Below, piece by piece: positions 47,415 through 56,525 of a stretch of 64,000 nt of DNA. A program made the translations under genes and the position numbers. The notes under the pieces were generated by a model. That model saw nothing but the letters and a program-made list of their open reading frames with translations. It had not been told where the DNA came from and did no database searches. Each line of letters starts with the position of its first letter. Positions within the stretch are counted from its first letter, which is position 1. This DNA comes from Candidatus Eiseniibacteriota bacterium (GTDB lineage Bacteria > Eisenbacteria > RBG-16-71-46 > SZUA-252). Location: the NCBI GenBank assembly GCA_963703225.1, contig OY969801.1, positions 1,088,001-1,152,000 of the forward strand, written 5' to 3'.

Positions 47415-48426
47415 CCGCCAGGTCGACGATCTCTTCGATGAGGTCCGGTAGCTCGCGTCCCGATTCCCGGGCCGCGAGCGCGAACTCGGCCGTCGAGTGA
47501 AGCCACGGGTTGGGGTTCACCTCGAGGGCGAAGACCGTGCCGTCCGCCGCCAGCCGGAAATCGACCCGGCCATAATCGCGGATCTCGAGCGCGCGGAAGG
47601 CGGTGACGGCGACCTCCTGAAGCTCCGTCAAGGTCGCCTCGGGCAGATCGCTCGGGATCCGGAGCTTGGTCTTCTGATAGGCCGCGGTGCCGCGCTCCCA
47701 CTTCACCTCGGTCCCCGCGATCCGAGGTGTTCCCGCCGGCAGATCCGATAGGTTCAGCTCCACGACCGGGAGGGCCTCCGGGGGATCGTTCCCGAGCACC
47801 GAAACGTAGAGCTCCCGCCCTTCGATGTATTCCTCGATCAGGACCGGCGAGTCGAGGTCGGCGTGGATGGCGTCGATCCGCTCCATCATCTCCTTGATCG
47901 ACCCGACGACCGCGTTGAACTCGATCCCGATCGATCCGTCCTCGCGCTTCGGCTTGACGATCACGGGAAACTGGAGGTCGTCGGACCACTGGAGGCGCCC
48001 CTTATAGACCGTCGCGAAATGGGGGGTCCGGATCCCGTGAAACTGAAAGAGCCGTTTCGCGACCGCCTTGTCCTGGGCCAGGTGGAGCCCCGATGGCCCC
48101 GATCCGGTATAGGGAATTCCCAAGAGGTCGAGATAGGCCGCGATGTTGATGTCCTTGGTGTCGTCCCCGGCGTAGGACTCGGTGAGGTTGAACACCAGCT
48201 CGAAATCGGCACCCGCGAGGGCCTTGAGCGAGCGCGCGCGCCCATCCAGGCAGTGGAAGGCGGGCCTGTGGCCGCGCTTCTCGAGAACGTCGAAGATCTC
48301 TTCCCGGTCGCTCTTTTCGCGCCGCTTGCCCGCCGGCCTGCCGGCCCCTGTCGGAGCCGGCGCCTCCTCCTGGTCTTCGAACCAGGCGTCGTAGAGGATC
48401 CCGATCTTGAGCGGGGGAGCGACCAT
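47371..48426 (-). CDS. D-alanine-D-alanine ligase-like ATP-grasp protein
   Basis: GIPYTGS, DKAVAK, VKPKREDGSIG, EEYIEGRE, GRVDFR, LEVNPNP. Confidence 0.85.
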   Translation of the reverse strand: MVAPPLKIGILYDAWFEDQEEAPAPTGAGRPAGKRREKSDREEIFDVLEKRGHRPAFHCLDGRARSLKALAGADFELVFNLTESYAGDDTKDINIAAYLDLLGIPYTGSGPSGLHLAQDKAVAKRLFQFHGIRTPHFATVYKGRLQWSDDLQFPVIVKPKREDGSIGIEFNAVVGSIKEMMERIDAIHADLDSPVLIEEYIEGRELYVSVLGNDPPEALPVVELNLSDLPAGTPRIAGTEVKWERGTAAYQKTKLRIPSDLPEATLTELQEVAVTAFRALEIRDYGRVDFRLAADGTVFALEVNPNPWLHSTAEFALAARESGRELPDLIEEIVDLAVTRYRGRTLPVHSA

Positions 48427-48688
48427 ACGGGCGCAGTCTACCACCCGCGGGCAACGTGAAAAAAAGTGCTTTACAACACCCCAGCACCCGCCGATACTCA
48501 TTTCAGTTGCCTGACGGTAGTTCGTAGCACGCAGTGCGTGACTGGTCGCCGCAGGAGAGACTTCCTGCGGCTTTGCTGTATCTGGTCGATTCGTCGACCG
48601 GTGGGCCCGACCAAGGTGGCCGGGCCGTGCCGCCCGAGAGGCGGCGTGGTGGGGTTCTAAGCACCCCGTAGTAGAAGGAGCAGAATCA

Positions 48689-48889
48689 GTGGCGAACGGA
48701 ACGGTGAAGTGGTTCAACGAGGCGAAGGGCTTTGGTTTCATCCAGCAAGAGGGTGGCGAGGACGTTTTCGTTCACTACTCGGCAATCCAGGGCGAAGGCT
48801 TCAAGACGCTGGCCGAAGGCGAGCGCTTGGAGTTCGATATCGTCCGGGGCCCGAAGGGCCTCCAGGCTGCGAACGTCCGTAGGGCGTAA
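48689..48889 (+). CDS. Cold-shock protein (CspA family)
   Basis: [34 protein letters not shown]. Confidence 0.97.
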   Translation: MANGTVKWFNEAKGFGFIQQEGGEDVFVHYSAIQGEGFKTLAEGERLEFDIVRGPKGLQAANVRRA

Positions 48890-48919
48890 GTAGCCGAAGA
48901 ATCACGGAACCTCAGTCGT

Positions 48920-48960
48920 GAGGCGGGGCGGCGCCGAAGGGCGTTCGCCCCGCTCTCGTT
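48920..48960 (+). terminator. GC-rich hairpin after csp, possible terminator
   Basis: GCGGGGCG...CGCCCCGC stem; weak T tract. Confidence 0.4.
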
Positions 48961-48991
48961 AGTCGGCGCTGGCGCGAAGGAGAGAGGCCCC

Positions 48992-49795
48992 GTCACCCAC
49001 CCCACTCCAAACCCATCCACGCTCTACTCGAGCCCCGAAATCTACGACGTCGCGTTCGGCTGGGATCTGCGCTTGGAGATGGACTTCCTCGAAGCCTGCT
49101 GGGCGACCCACGTCGAAGGCCCGGTCCGGCGCATCCTCGAACCCGCCTCCGGCACGGGACGCATCCTCCACGCCCTGGCGGAGCGCGGCTATGACGTCGT
49201 CGGCTATGACCGGAGCCCGGAGATGGTCGCCTTTGCCGCGGGCCGTCTGGCAGGCCTTGGCGGAAAGCTCCACCGCGGCGACATGGCCACGTTCAAACCC
49301 CCCGGGCGGTTCGACGTGGCGATCAACCTGGTCAACTCGATCAACTATCTCCTGGAGGAAGCCGAACTCACCGCACATCTGAAGTTGGTGGCCGAGGCGC
49401 TTCGCGCGGGCGGGATTTACATCGTCCAGTTCAGCTACGGCGACGAGCCCCCGGAGCTGGCGACGTTTGGTCCGTGGGAGAATCGACGGAATGATCTCAC
49501 CACGCGGCTGACGTGGCGCGTCCTCAGGGAAGACGCCGAGGCGCGACGCTCCTATCAGGAATGCCGGATCACCGCGACCCGGGGAGGGGAGACGGTCGAG
49601 CTCACGGAGGAGCACATCCTGCGTCTATGGACGCAGGACGACTTCGATCGGGCGATCGATTCGAGCCCATTCGAATTGATCGCCGTCTATCACGACCGAT
49701 TCGATCCGTTCCCGATCGACCTTCCGAGGACGGGAGCCCACGGCAATCTCTATCACGTACTCGCGCGCCGGGGACAGGGACGGCGGGACCGCTAG
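48992..49795 (+). CDS. Class I SAM-dependent methyltransferase (start uncertain)
   Basis: ILEPASGTGR, VVGYDRSPEM, GDM motifs; LYSSPEIYD segment lies upstream of the first canonical start (TTG 49073). Confidence 0.8.
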   Translation, partial: VTHPTPNPSTLYSSPEIYDVAFGWDLRLEMDFLEACWATHVEGPVRRILEPASGTGRILHALAERGYDVVGYDRSPEMVAFAAGRLAGLGGKLHRGDMATFKPPGRFDVAINLVNSINYLLEEAELTAHLKLVAEALRAGGIYIVQFSYGDEPPELATFGPWENRRNDLTTRLTWRVLREDAEARRSYQECRITATRGGETVELTEEHILRLWTQDDFDRAIDSSPFELIAVYHDRFDPFPIDLPRTGAHGNLYHVLARRGQGRRDR

Positions 49796-49799
49796 GTGG

Positions 49800-50639
49800 C
49801 TACTTCTTGAAGCTTGCGGCGAACCCCTCGATCGCCGCCGCGAGGGAATCGGGCTGGTCGATGGGGATGAGGTGGCCGGACTCCAAGATTCGGTGTCCCA
49901 CGGACGGCCCGGCCGTTTCGTAGCCGAGGCGCTTCCGTGCGCTGCTCCACGATTCGCCCGGGAACCACGTCGCGTCGGTGGCCACGACCAGCACGGGAGC
50001 CTTGAGTCCGCGGATCCGTGGCCTCAAGTCGGTGCCCCACGCGTCCCGGAAATACTCGCCCATGAGCGCGTGCGGCACCCGCTCGGCCTTGGCGAGCACC
50101 GAATCGACCTGGCTCGAGTCGCGCGTCATCGACCCGAAGACGCCGTGGATGAAGAGCGGGTATCGCTCCTTGATGATCTGCTCCAGATTGGTGATGCGGC
50201 CGGAATCGATGGTGGTGTAGGTCGCGAGGTCGATCGACACGACGCCAGCCGCCCGGTCGGCGTGGTCCACCGCTTCTTCCAATGCCACGAGTCCCCCGTA
50301 GGAATGGCCGACCAAGACAGCCCGTTTCACCTTCCGGGCCTTCAGCGTGCGGTCGAGCGCCTCCGCCACCGCGCCCACCGAGACGGGTGAAATTTCCGCG
50401 CTCGCTCCATGTCCTGGGAGATCGACCAGAACCAGGCGGTGGTGCCCGGACAGCTGGGGGGTGACCCGATCCCAGACGGTGTGATCCTGTCCCAGCCCGT
50501 GGATGAGAACCAGGGCCGGTTCTCCGTGGCCGATCTCATAGACGGCGAGATGGGGTGGATCTGGAAGCGCCGTGCTCGCGGAGAGCGCCGCGGCGAAGAG
50601 CGCCGCGGACAGCGCGGGTACGAATGGTTGAAGGCGCAT
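49800..50639 (-). CDS. Secreted alpha/beta hydrolase
   Basis: LIHGLG, DLPGHG, GHSYGG, SGHLIP. Confidence 0.88.
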   Translation of the reverse strand: MRLQPFVPALSAALFAAALSASTALPDPPHLAVYEIGHGEPALVLIHGLGQDHTVWDRVTPQLSGHHRLVLVDLPGHGASAEISPVSVGAVAEALDRTLKARKVKRAVLVGHSYGGLVALEEAVDHADRAAGVVSIDLATYTTIDSGRITNLEQIIKERYPLFIHGVFGSMTRDSSQVDSVLAKAERVPHALMGEYFRDAWGTDLRPRIRGLKAPVLVVATDATWFPGESWSSARKRLGYETAGPSVGHRILESGHLIPIDQPDSLAAAIEGFAASFKK

Positions 50640-50708
50640 GGATCTCATAGTACCAAGAACGGGCCTGGGGGTTCCGCGCGCCCGAGCCAAGGTCCGCGTG
50701 CGCCCGCA

Positions 50709-51485
50709 CTAAGACTTTCGTCGGTGGAGCGCGGGGACCGCTGCCTGATCGGTCGGCATGAGCAGGATCGATTGGACGTTCACGTGGGGCGGCCGCGTGA
50801 CGGCCCAGGCCACCGCGTCGGCCACGTCCTCCGCCCGGAGCGGATTCGTCCCCTGGTAGACGGCGGCGGCGCGCGCTCGATCTCCCTGGAACCGTACGAG
50901 GCTGAACTCGGTCTCCGCTAGCCCCGGCTCCACATTGGTCACCCGGACTCCCGTCCCGAGCACGTCGTAGCGGAGCGCGTCCGAAATCGCGCGGACGGCG
51001 AATTTGGTCGCGGCGTAGACGGCGCCCCCCGCGTAGACCTGATGGCCTGCCACCGAGCCGATGTTCACCACGTGTCCCCGGCCGCGTTGGACCATGCCCG
51101 GCAGGGCCGCCCGGGTGACGTAGAGAAGCCCCTTCACGTTCGTGTCGATCATCTGATCCCAATCGGCGGGATTCCCCGACTGGATGGGATCGAGCGCGAG
51201 GGCCAGGCCGGCGTTATTGACCAGGATGTCGAGGCGGGAGAGAAGTCCATTCGCCCGATCCAGCGCGCGCGTCGTGGAATCCAAGTCTCGGACGTCGAAC
51301 GATAGGGAGAGCACCTCCACGCGGTGCGTGGAGCGAATCTCGGCCGCGAGCGCCTGGAGCCGCTCCGCGCGGCGGCCGGTGATCGCCACGTGGCACCCCG
51401 CCGCCGCCAGCCGGAGCGCGATCGCCTTGCCAAACCCGCTCGTCGCTCCCGTCACCAGAGCCCAGAGTCCGCGAAGTTCCGTCAT
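50709..51485 (-). CDS. Short-chain dehydrogenase/reductase (YdfG-like)
   Basis: TGATSGFG, NNAG, YAATK, EPGLAETEFS. Confidence 0.9.
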   Translation of the reverse strand: MTELRGLWALVTGATSGFGKAIALRLAAAGCHVAITGRRAERLQALAAEIRSTHRVEVLSLSFDVRDLDSTTRALDRANGLLSRLDILVNNAGLALALDPIQSGNPADWDQMIDTNVKGLLYVTRAALPGMVQRGRGHVVNIGSVAGHQVYAGGAVYAATKFAVRAISDALRYDVLGTGVRVTNVEPGLAETEFSLVRFQGDRARAAAVYQGTNPLRAEDVADAVAWAVTRPPHVNVQSILLMPTDQAAVPALHRRKS

Positions 51486-51595
51486 CGATCTCTCCCACGC
51501 ATGGCGCCAGCGGATAGGGCGCCGAGAATACCATCGAAGCGGGTGGCGGGGCGCGCGTTCCTGACCTAGACTGCCGCCCAGGGAGGGAGCCCGCG

Positions 51596-53077
51596 ATCGT
51601 CGACATTCTGGTGGTGGGTGGGGGGATCCACGGTGCGGCCGTCGCGCGCGATGCTTCGCTCCGCGGCCTCTCGGTGGCGCTCTTAGAGTCAGGCGACTTC
51701 GCCTCCGCCACGAGCAGCCGGACTTCGAAGCTGGTCCACGGCGGAATCCGATACCTCGAGACGGCGCAATTCGGTCTGGTGCGCGAGGCGCTCCGCGAGC
51801 GCGCCATCCTGCTCGAGACGGCCGCGCCGTTCGTCCGCCCGCTCCCTTTCCTGATCCCGCACTATCGGGGCGAGGGGCGTCCCGCCGCGTGGGTCGCGCT
51901 CGGCCTCGTTCTCTATTCCGCGTTCGCGCGGGGACATCGCCTCGCCGAGCACCGCCGCATGGGGCGCGCGGAGGCCCTCGCCCAAGAACCGGGCCTTCGA
52001 CAGGAGGGTCTCTTGGGAGCGACCCTCTACTGGGATGCGCAGATGGACGACGCGCTCCTCTGCGTGTCGATCGCGATCGACGCCGCGAGGGCAGGGGCCG
52101 AGGTGCGAAATTACACCCGCGTGGTCGCGCTCAGGCGGGAACAGGGCTCTTGGAAGGCGAGCTACATTGACGCGATCGGCGCCGAGGGAGAAGTCGCCGC
52201 GCGGTTCGTCGTGAACGCGTCCGGGCCCTGGGCCGACGACGTTCGGGGGATGGCGCTCGGCGCGGCACCTCCTTCATTGCGGCGGACTCGAGGGTCGCAC
52301 GTGGTCCTACCTTCCCTCACCGGGACGCACGCGCTGCTTCTGACCGCGCGGCGAGACGGCCGCGCGTTCTTCGTCATTCCCTGGGGACGGTTCTCGCTCA
52401 TCGGCACGACCGACGTCGACGACGACGTCCCGCCGTCCGAAGTGGCGCCCCCGGTGGAGGACATCCGCTATCTTCTCGAGGAAGGGGCGCGCGCCCTTCC
52501 GGCCGCGGGCGATGGCCGCCGCCCCGTGCGCGTCTTCGCCGGTCTCCGGGCGCTCGCGCGCGGCCGCGCGGGACAACCGTGGGCGAACACGCGTGAGCAT
52601 CGGCTGATCATCGAGGAGGGGATCGTCACGATCGTCGGGGGGAAGTACACGACGCACCGGAGCCTCGCGGAGCGGGTCGTCGATCTCGCGGCGCGGGGGC
52701 TGGGGCGGCCGACGGAGGGATGCCGCACGAAAACGACGCCCGTGGGCGGCGGGCGCGCGGACGCGATCGCCGCGCTCTCCGCGCGCCATCCGGGCGCGGC
52801 CGACCTCGGTGAGGGGCAGCGGATCACCGAGGCCGAGGTCGCGTACGCCGTCACGGTGGAAAAGGCGCGCCGGCTCGAGGACGTGCTTCTTCGCCGCACC
52901 CGCCTCTGGCTCGACGGCCGGGCGCTTCGGCGCGGGGCTCAACCGGCGGCCGAGTGGATGGCGCCGCTCCTCCAATGGAGCGACGAGCGGAGGCGATCGG
53001 AAGTCGACACGCTCCTGCGCGGGCTGGATCTGGAAGATCGGCGGATCGAGGAGGGACGCGATGGGCGGAACGGCTGA
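51596..53077 (+). CDS. glpD: FAD-dependent glycerol-3-phosphate dehydrogenase, probable ATC start
   Basis: DILVVGGGIHG, TSSRTSKLVHGGIRYL, GGKYTT; adjacent to glpK. Confidence 0.9.
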   Translation: MVDILVVGGGIHGAAVARDASLRGLSVALLESGDFASATSSRTSKLVHGGIRYLETAQFGLVREALRERAILLETAAPFVRPLPFLIPHYRGEGRPAAWVALGLVLYSAFARGHRLAEHRRMGRAEALAQEPGLRQEGLLGATLYWDAQMDDALLCVSIAIDAARAGAEVRNYTRVVALRREQGSWKASYIDAIGAEGEVAARFVVNASGPWADDVRGMALGAAPPSLRRTRGSHVVLPSLTGTHALLLTARRDGRAFFVIPWGRFSLIGTTDVDDDVPPSEVAPPVEDIRYLLEEGARALPAAGDGRRPVRVFAGLRALARGRAGQPWANTREHRLIIEEGIVTIVGGKYTTHRSLAERVVDLAARGLGRPTEGCRTKTTPVGGGRADAIAALSARHPGAADLGEGQRITEAEVAYAVTVEKARRLEDVLLRRTRLWLDGRALRRGAQPAAEWMAPLLQWSDERRRSEVDTLLRGLDLEDRRIEEGRDGRNG

Positions 53078-54593
53078 AGCGCGGGTGCTCGCGATCGACC
53101 AGGGAACGACCGGGACGACGGCCCTCCTCCTCGACGAGACGGGCCGCCTCCTGGCCCGCGGGTACGCCGAGCTGCCCCAGCATTTTCCCAGGCCGGGCTG
53201 GGTGGAGCATCGCGGCGAGGAGATCTGGGAGACGACGCTCCGGGCGATCCGAGACGCGCGGGAGCGCGATCCGGTGCCGGGGAGCGCCATCGCGGCGATC
53301 GGGATCACCAATCAGAGGGAGACCACGCTCGTCTGGGACCGTTCCACGTCGAGCCCGGTGGCCCCGGCGATCGTCTGGCAGGACCGCCGCACCGCTTCGC
53401 GCTGCGAGGCTCTGCGGAGGGCCGGGCACGAACGCGCCATCTCCCGGCGTACGGGGCTGCGCCTCGATCCCTATTTTTCCGCGACGAAGGTGGAGTGGAT
53501 CCTCGACCACACGCCCGGCGCGCGCGCCCGCGCTCGTTCGGGTGCCCTCGCGTTCGGCACGGTGGACACCTGGCTCCTCTGGAAGCTGACGGCCGGAAGG
53601 GTTCACGCGACCGACCCCAGCAACGCGAGCCGAACGCTGCTCTACGACATCCGTCGGCTCCGTTGGGATGACGGGCTGGCCGCGACCTTCCGCGTTCCAG
53701 CAGCGGTGCTCCCCGAAGTGCGTCCGTCCGCGGGGGATTTTGGGCTGACCCGCGCGGTCCCCGGCCTCCCCGACCAGATCCCGATACGCGGGATCGCGGG
53801 GGACCAGCAGTCGGCGCTCTTCGGCCAGGGCTGCGTCTCGGCCGGCGGGCTCAAGAACACGTATGGAACGGGCTGCTTTCTCATGCTCCACACCGGCAAG
53901 ACGCCGATCCCCTCCCGCTCGGGGCTTCTCACTACCGTCGCGTGCGGCCCGCGTGGGGAAGCGGCCTACGCGCTCGAAGGGAGCGTCTTCATCGCCGGCG
54001 CGGCGATCCAGTGGCTGCGGGACGGCCTCCAGATCATCGCGTCCTCGGAGGAATCCGAGCCGCTCGCGCGCTCCGTTCCCGATTCGGGAGGCACCCATCT
54101 CGTGCCGGCGTTCGCCGGATTGGGCGCGCCCTACTGGCGGCCCGAGGCGCGCGGGATCTGGTGCGGGCTCACCCGGGGAACCACGCGGGCCCATCTGGCG
54201 CGGGCCGCGCTCGAATCGATCGCGTTCCAGACGATGGACGTGGTCGACGCGATGAATTCGGAGGCGGGGGTCCGGATCCGACGCCTCCGCGTCGACGGTG
54301 GCGCTTCCCGGAACGACTTCTTGATGCAGTTTCAGGCCGACGTCCTCGGAATCCCGATCGAGAGGCCGGCGATCGTGGAGACCACCGCGCTCGGCGCCGC
54401 GTATCTCGCCGGAATTGGAGCGAGGCTGTGGGGAGCGCGGAGCGCGATCCCCGGCGGGGCGGTCGACAAGGTGTTCGCTCCCCAGATCACGCGGGCGCGC
54501 CGGCAACGCGAAATCGACGGATGGAGGGCGGCGGTCTCGCTACTGTTGGTGCCTCGGTCTAGCCCTCGAGCCAGTCGATCATCGAAGCGATGA
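53061..54593 (+). CDS. glpK: Glycerol kinase
   Basis: AIDQGTTG, GITNQRET, DPYFSATK, GDQQSALFGQ, KNTYGTGCF. Confidence 0.95.
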   Translation: MGGTAEARVLAIDQGTTGTTALLLDETGRLLARGYAELPQHFPRPGWVEHRGEEIWETTLRAIRDARERDPVPGSAIAAIGITNQRETTLVWDRSTSSPVAPAIVWQDRRTASRCEALRRAGHERAISRRTGLRLDPYFSATKVEWILDHTPGARARARSGALAFGTVDTWLLWKLTAGRVHATDPSNASRTLLYDIRRLRWDDGLAATFRVPAAVLPEVRPSAGDFGLTRAVPGLPDQIPIRGIAGDQQSALFGQGCVSAGGLKNTYGTGCFLMLHTGKTPIPSRSGLLTTVACGPRGEAAYALEGSVFIAGAAIQWLRDGLQIIASSEESEPLARSVPDSGGTHLVPAFAGLGAPYWRPEARGIWCGLTRGTTRAHLARAALESIAFQTMDVVDAMNSEAGVRIRRLRVDGGASRNDFLMQFQADVLGIPIERPAIVETTALGAAYLAGIGARLWGARSAIPGGAVDKVFAPQITRARRQREIDGWRAAVSLLLVPRSSPRASRSSKR

Positions 54594-55392
54594 TCTCCGC
54601 GCGGCCCACCTCGTTCAGGACCTCGTGGAGAAGCCCCGGGTAGAGCCGGAGGGTCACCCGACTGGCGGGCGCCGCTTTGGCCCAGCTGGCGCTGCCGAGC
54701 GCGTCGGCGATCGGGTCGTCCTCGCCATGGAGGAGCAGCGTCGGCGTCCGGAGCTCTCCGGCGCGTCTCTGGAGCGACGCGCGCATCGCCTGAAACTCGA
54801 GAAAGAGGCGCGCGGAAATCTTGTAGTGAACCAGCGGATCGGACGCGTGCTCGCGGACGACCTCCTGATCGTGCGAGAGCATCGACGGCAGGATCATGTT
54901 CCCCTGTGAAAAGCCGGGCCAGACGCGGACCAAGAGCTGCGCGGCCCTCACCTTGATCAGGTTCGGGCGGATCGCGAGCGCGAACGGGGGCGCGCAGAGG
55001 ATGAGCCGGTCCACCCGCTCCGGATTTCTCAAGGCCCAATCGAGCGCGACAAAGGCGCCCATGCTCTGCCCGAGCAGCGACCACCGGCGGACCGGATTCT
55101 CGGCCCGGGCCCGGTCCATCCAGGCGGTCACCGCCGAGCGGTAGTCATCCCAGGAGCGGACGTGCCCCCGTTCGCCGTAGGACTTTCCATGGCCGGGCAG
55201 GTCGAGGGCCTGGGCCATGAATCCGCGCGCCACGAACGCGGCGCCGACATGTCTGTAGCGCCCTGCGTGGTCCCCCAGCCCGGGGACCATTCCGACTCCC
55301 CGGGTAGCGCCCCGATCGCCCCGCTCCCAGCCGACCAGCGTCCCCCGCCCCGGTACATCGATCCGAAACTCCGTGCTCGCGGCAGCCGCCAT
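54559..55392 (-). CDS. Lysophospholipase/monoacylglycerol lipase-like hydrolase
   Basis: GLGDHAGRY, DLPGHG, GQSMG, LHEVLNE. Confidence 0.85.
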   Translation of the reverse strand: MAAAASTEFRIDVPGRGTLVGWERGDRGATRGVGMVPGLGDHAGRYRHVGAAFVARGFMAQALDLPGHGKSYGERGHVRSWDDYRSAVTAWMDRARAENPVRRWSLLGQSMGAFVALDWALRNPERVDRLILCAPPFALAIRPNLIKVRAAQLLVRVWPGFSQGNMILPSMLSHDQEVVREHASDPLVHYKISARLFLEFQAMRASLQRRAGELRTPTLLLHGEDDPIADALGSASWAKAAPASRVTLRLYPGLLHEVLNEVGRAEIIASMIDWLEG

Positions 55393-55456
55393 CGTTCTCC
55401 CCCCGCAGGCCGTTTGGTCGCATCCCCGGATCGGATCCGGCATCCTAACCTTTTGC

Positions 55457-56482
55457 ATGATATCGCATGAGCTTGCAGCGACGGATGCCCTTCCGGAGGG
55501 ACCTGGCGAAGAGTCCGGGGTCCTCCTCGACGCCTACTCGCGCGCGGTCATGGGCGCGGTGGAAGCCGCGGCCCCGTCCGTCGTCGCCATCGATGTGGAG
55601 CAGATGGTGTCGAGGGGACGCGGGGCGGAGGGGGTGCCGTCTCGGCGGCAGGGCGGTTCGGGCTCCGGCTTCGTCTTCACCCCCGACGGATTCATCTTCA
55701 CGAACAGCCACGTGGTCCACGGCGCTTCCAAGATCGGCGTGACCCTGGCGGACGGCCAGCACCACATCGCCGACCTCGTCGGCGACGACCCAGAGACCGA
55801 CCTCGCGGTGCTTCGAATTTCCGCTCCGAGCCTCGTGCCGGCCCGGCTCGGGGATTCCCAGGAAGTCGGCGTGGGCCAGCTGGTCCTCGCGATCGGAAAC
55901 CCGTACGGCTTCCAGGCGACGGTCACGGCAGGAGTCGTCAGCGCGCTCGGGCGCTCGCTTCGGTCCCGCTCGGGGCGACTCATCGACAACGTGATCCAGA
56001 CCGACGCGGCCCTCAATCCGGGCAATTCCGGAGGCCCTCTTGTAACTACACAGGGCGCCGTAATCGGGGTAAACTCCGCGGTGATCTTGCCCGCGCAAGG
56101 GATCTGCTTCGCCATCGCGATCAATACCGCCAAGCTCGTTGCGGGACAATTGATTCGAGAAGGCCGGGTCCGCCGGAGCGCCATCGGGATCGCCGGACAG
56201 AGCATTCCGCTCGCCCGGAAGGTGGCGCGGTTCCACCGCCTCGCCGCGGAGAGCGGCGTGCGTGTGGAAGCGCTGGAATCAGGCGGGCCCGCGGAACGCG
56301 CGGGTCTGAAAACCGGTGACGTGATCGTAGCGTTTGGCGACGCGCCCATCCGGGGCATCGACGACCTGCAAGCGCGGCTCACGGACCGCGAGGTCGGCGT
56401 CCGATCTTCGATCGCGGTGCTCCGGGGAGTCGAACGGCTCGACCTGGAAATCGTACCCGGAGAATCCAAGACCATTCGCTGA
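55457..56482 (+). CDS. HtrA/DegS-like serine protease with one PDZ domain
   Basis: GSGSGF, TNSHVV, DLAV, QTDAALNPGNSGGPL; PDZ domain. Confidence 0.9.
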   Translation: MISHELAATDALPEGPGEESGVLLDAYSRAVMGAVEAAAPSVVAIDVEQMVSRGRGAEGVPSRRQGGSGSGFVFTPDGFIFTNSHVVHGASKIGVTLADGQHHIADLVGDDPETDLAVLRISAPSLVPARLGDSQEVGVGQLVLAIGNPYGFQATVTAGVVSALGRSLRSRSGRLIDNVIQTDAALNPGNSGGPLVTTQGAVIGVNSAVILPAQGICFAIAINTAKLVAGQLIREGRVRRSAIGIAGQSIPLARKVARFHRLAAESGVRVEALESGGPAERAGLKTGDVIVAFGDAPIRGIDDLQARLTDREVGVRSSIAVLRGVERLDLEIVPGESKTIR

Positions 56483-56525
56483 TCCCCCGCTAGGCCGATC
56501 GCGACGCGGGGAACAGGGGGGAATC

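Noticed and set aside
48689..49795. Csp-methyltransferase read-through fusion (same frame)
   Set aside because: A TAA stop followed by a hairpin and a separate SD before the methyltransferase favours two genes.
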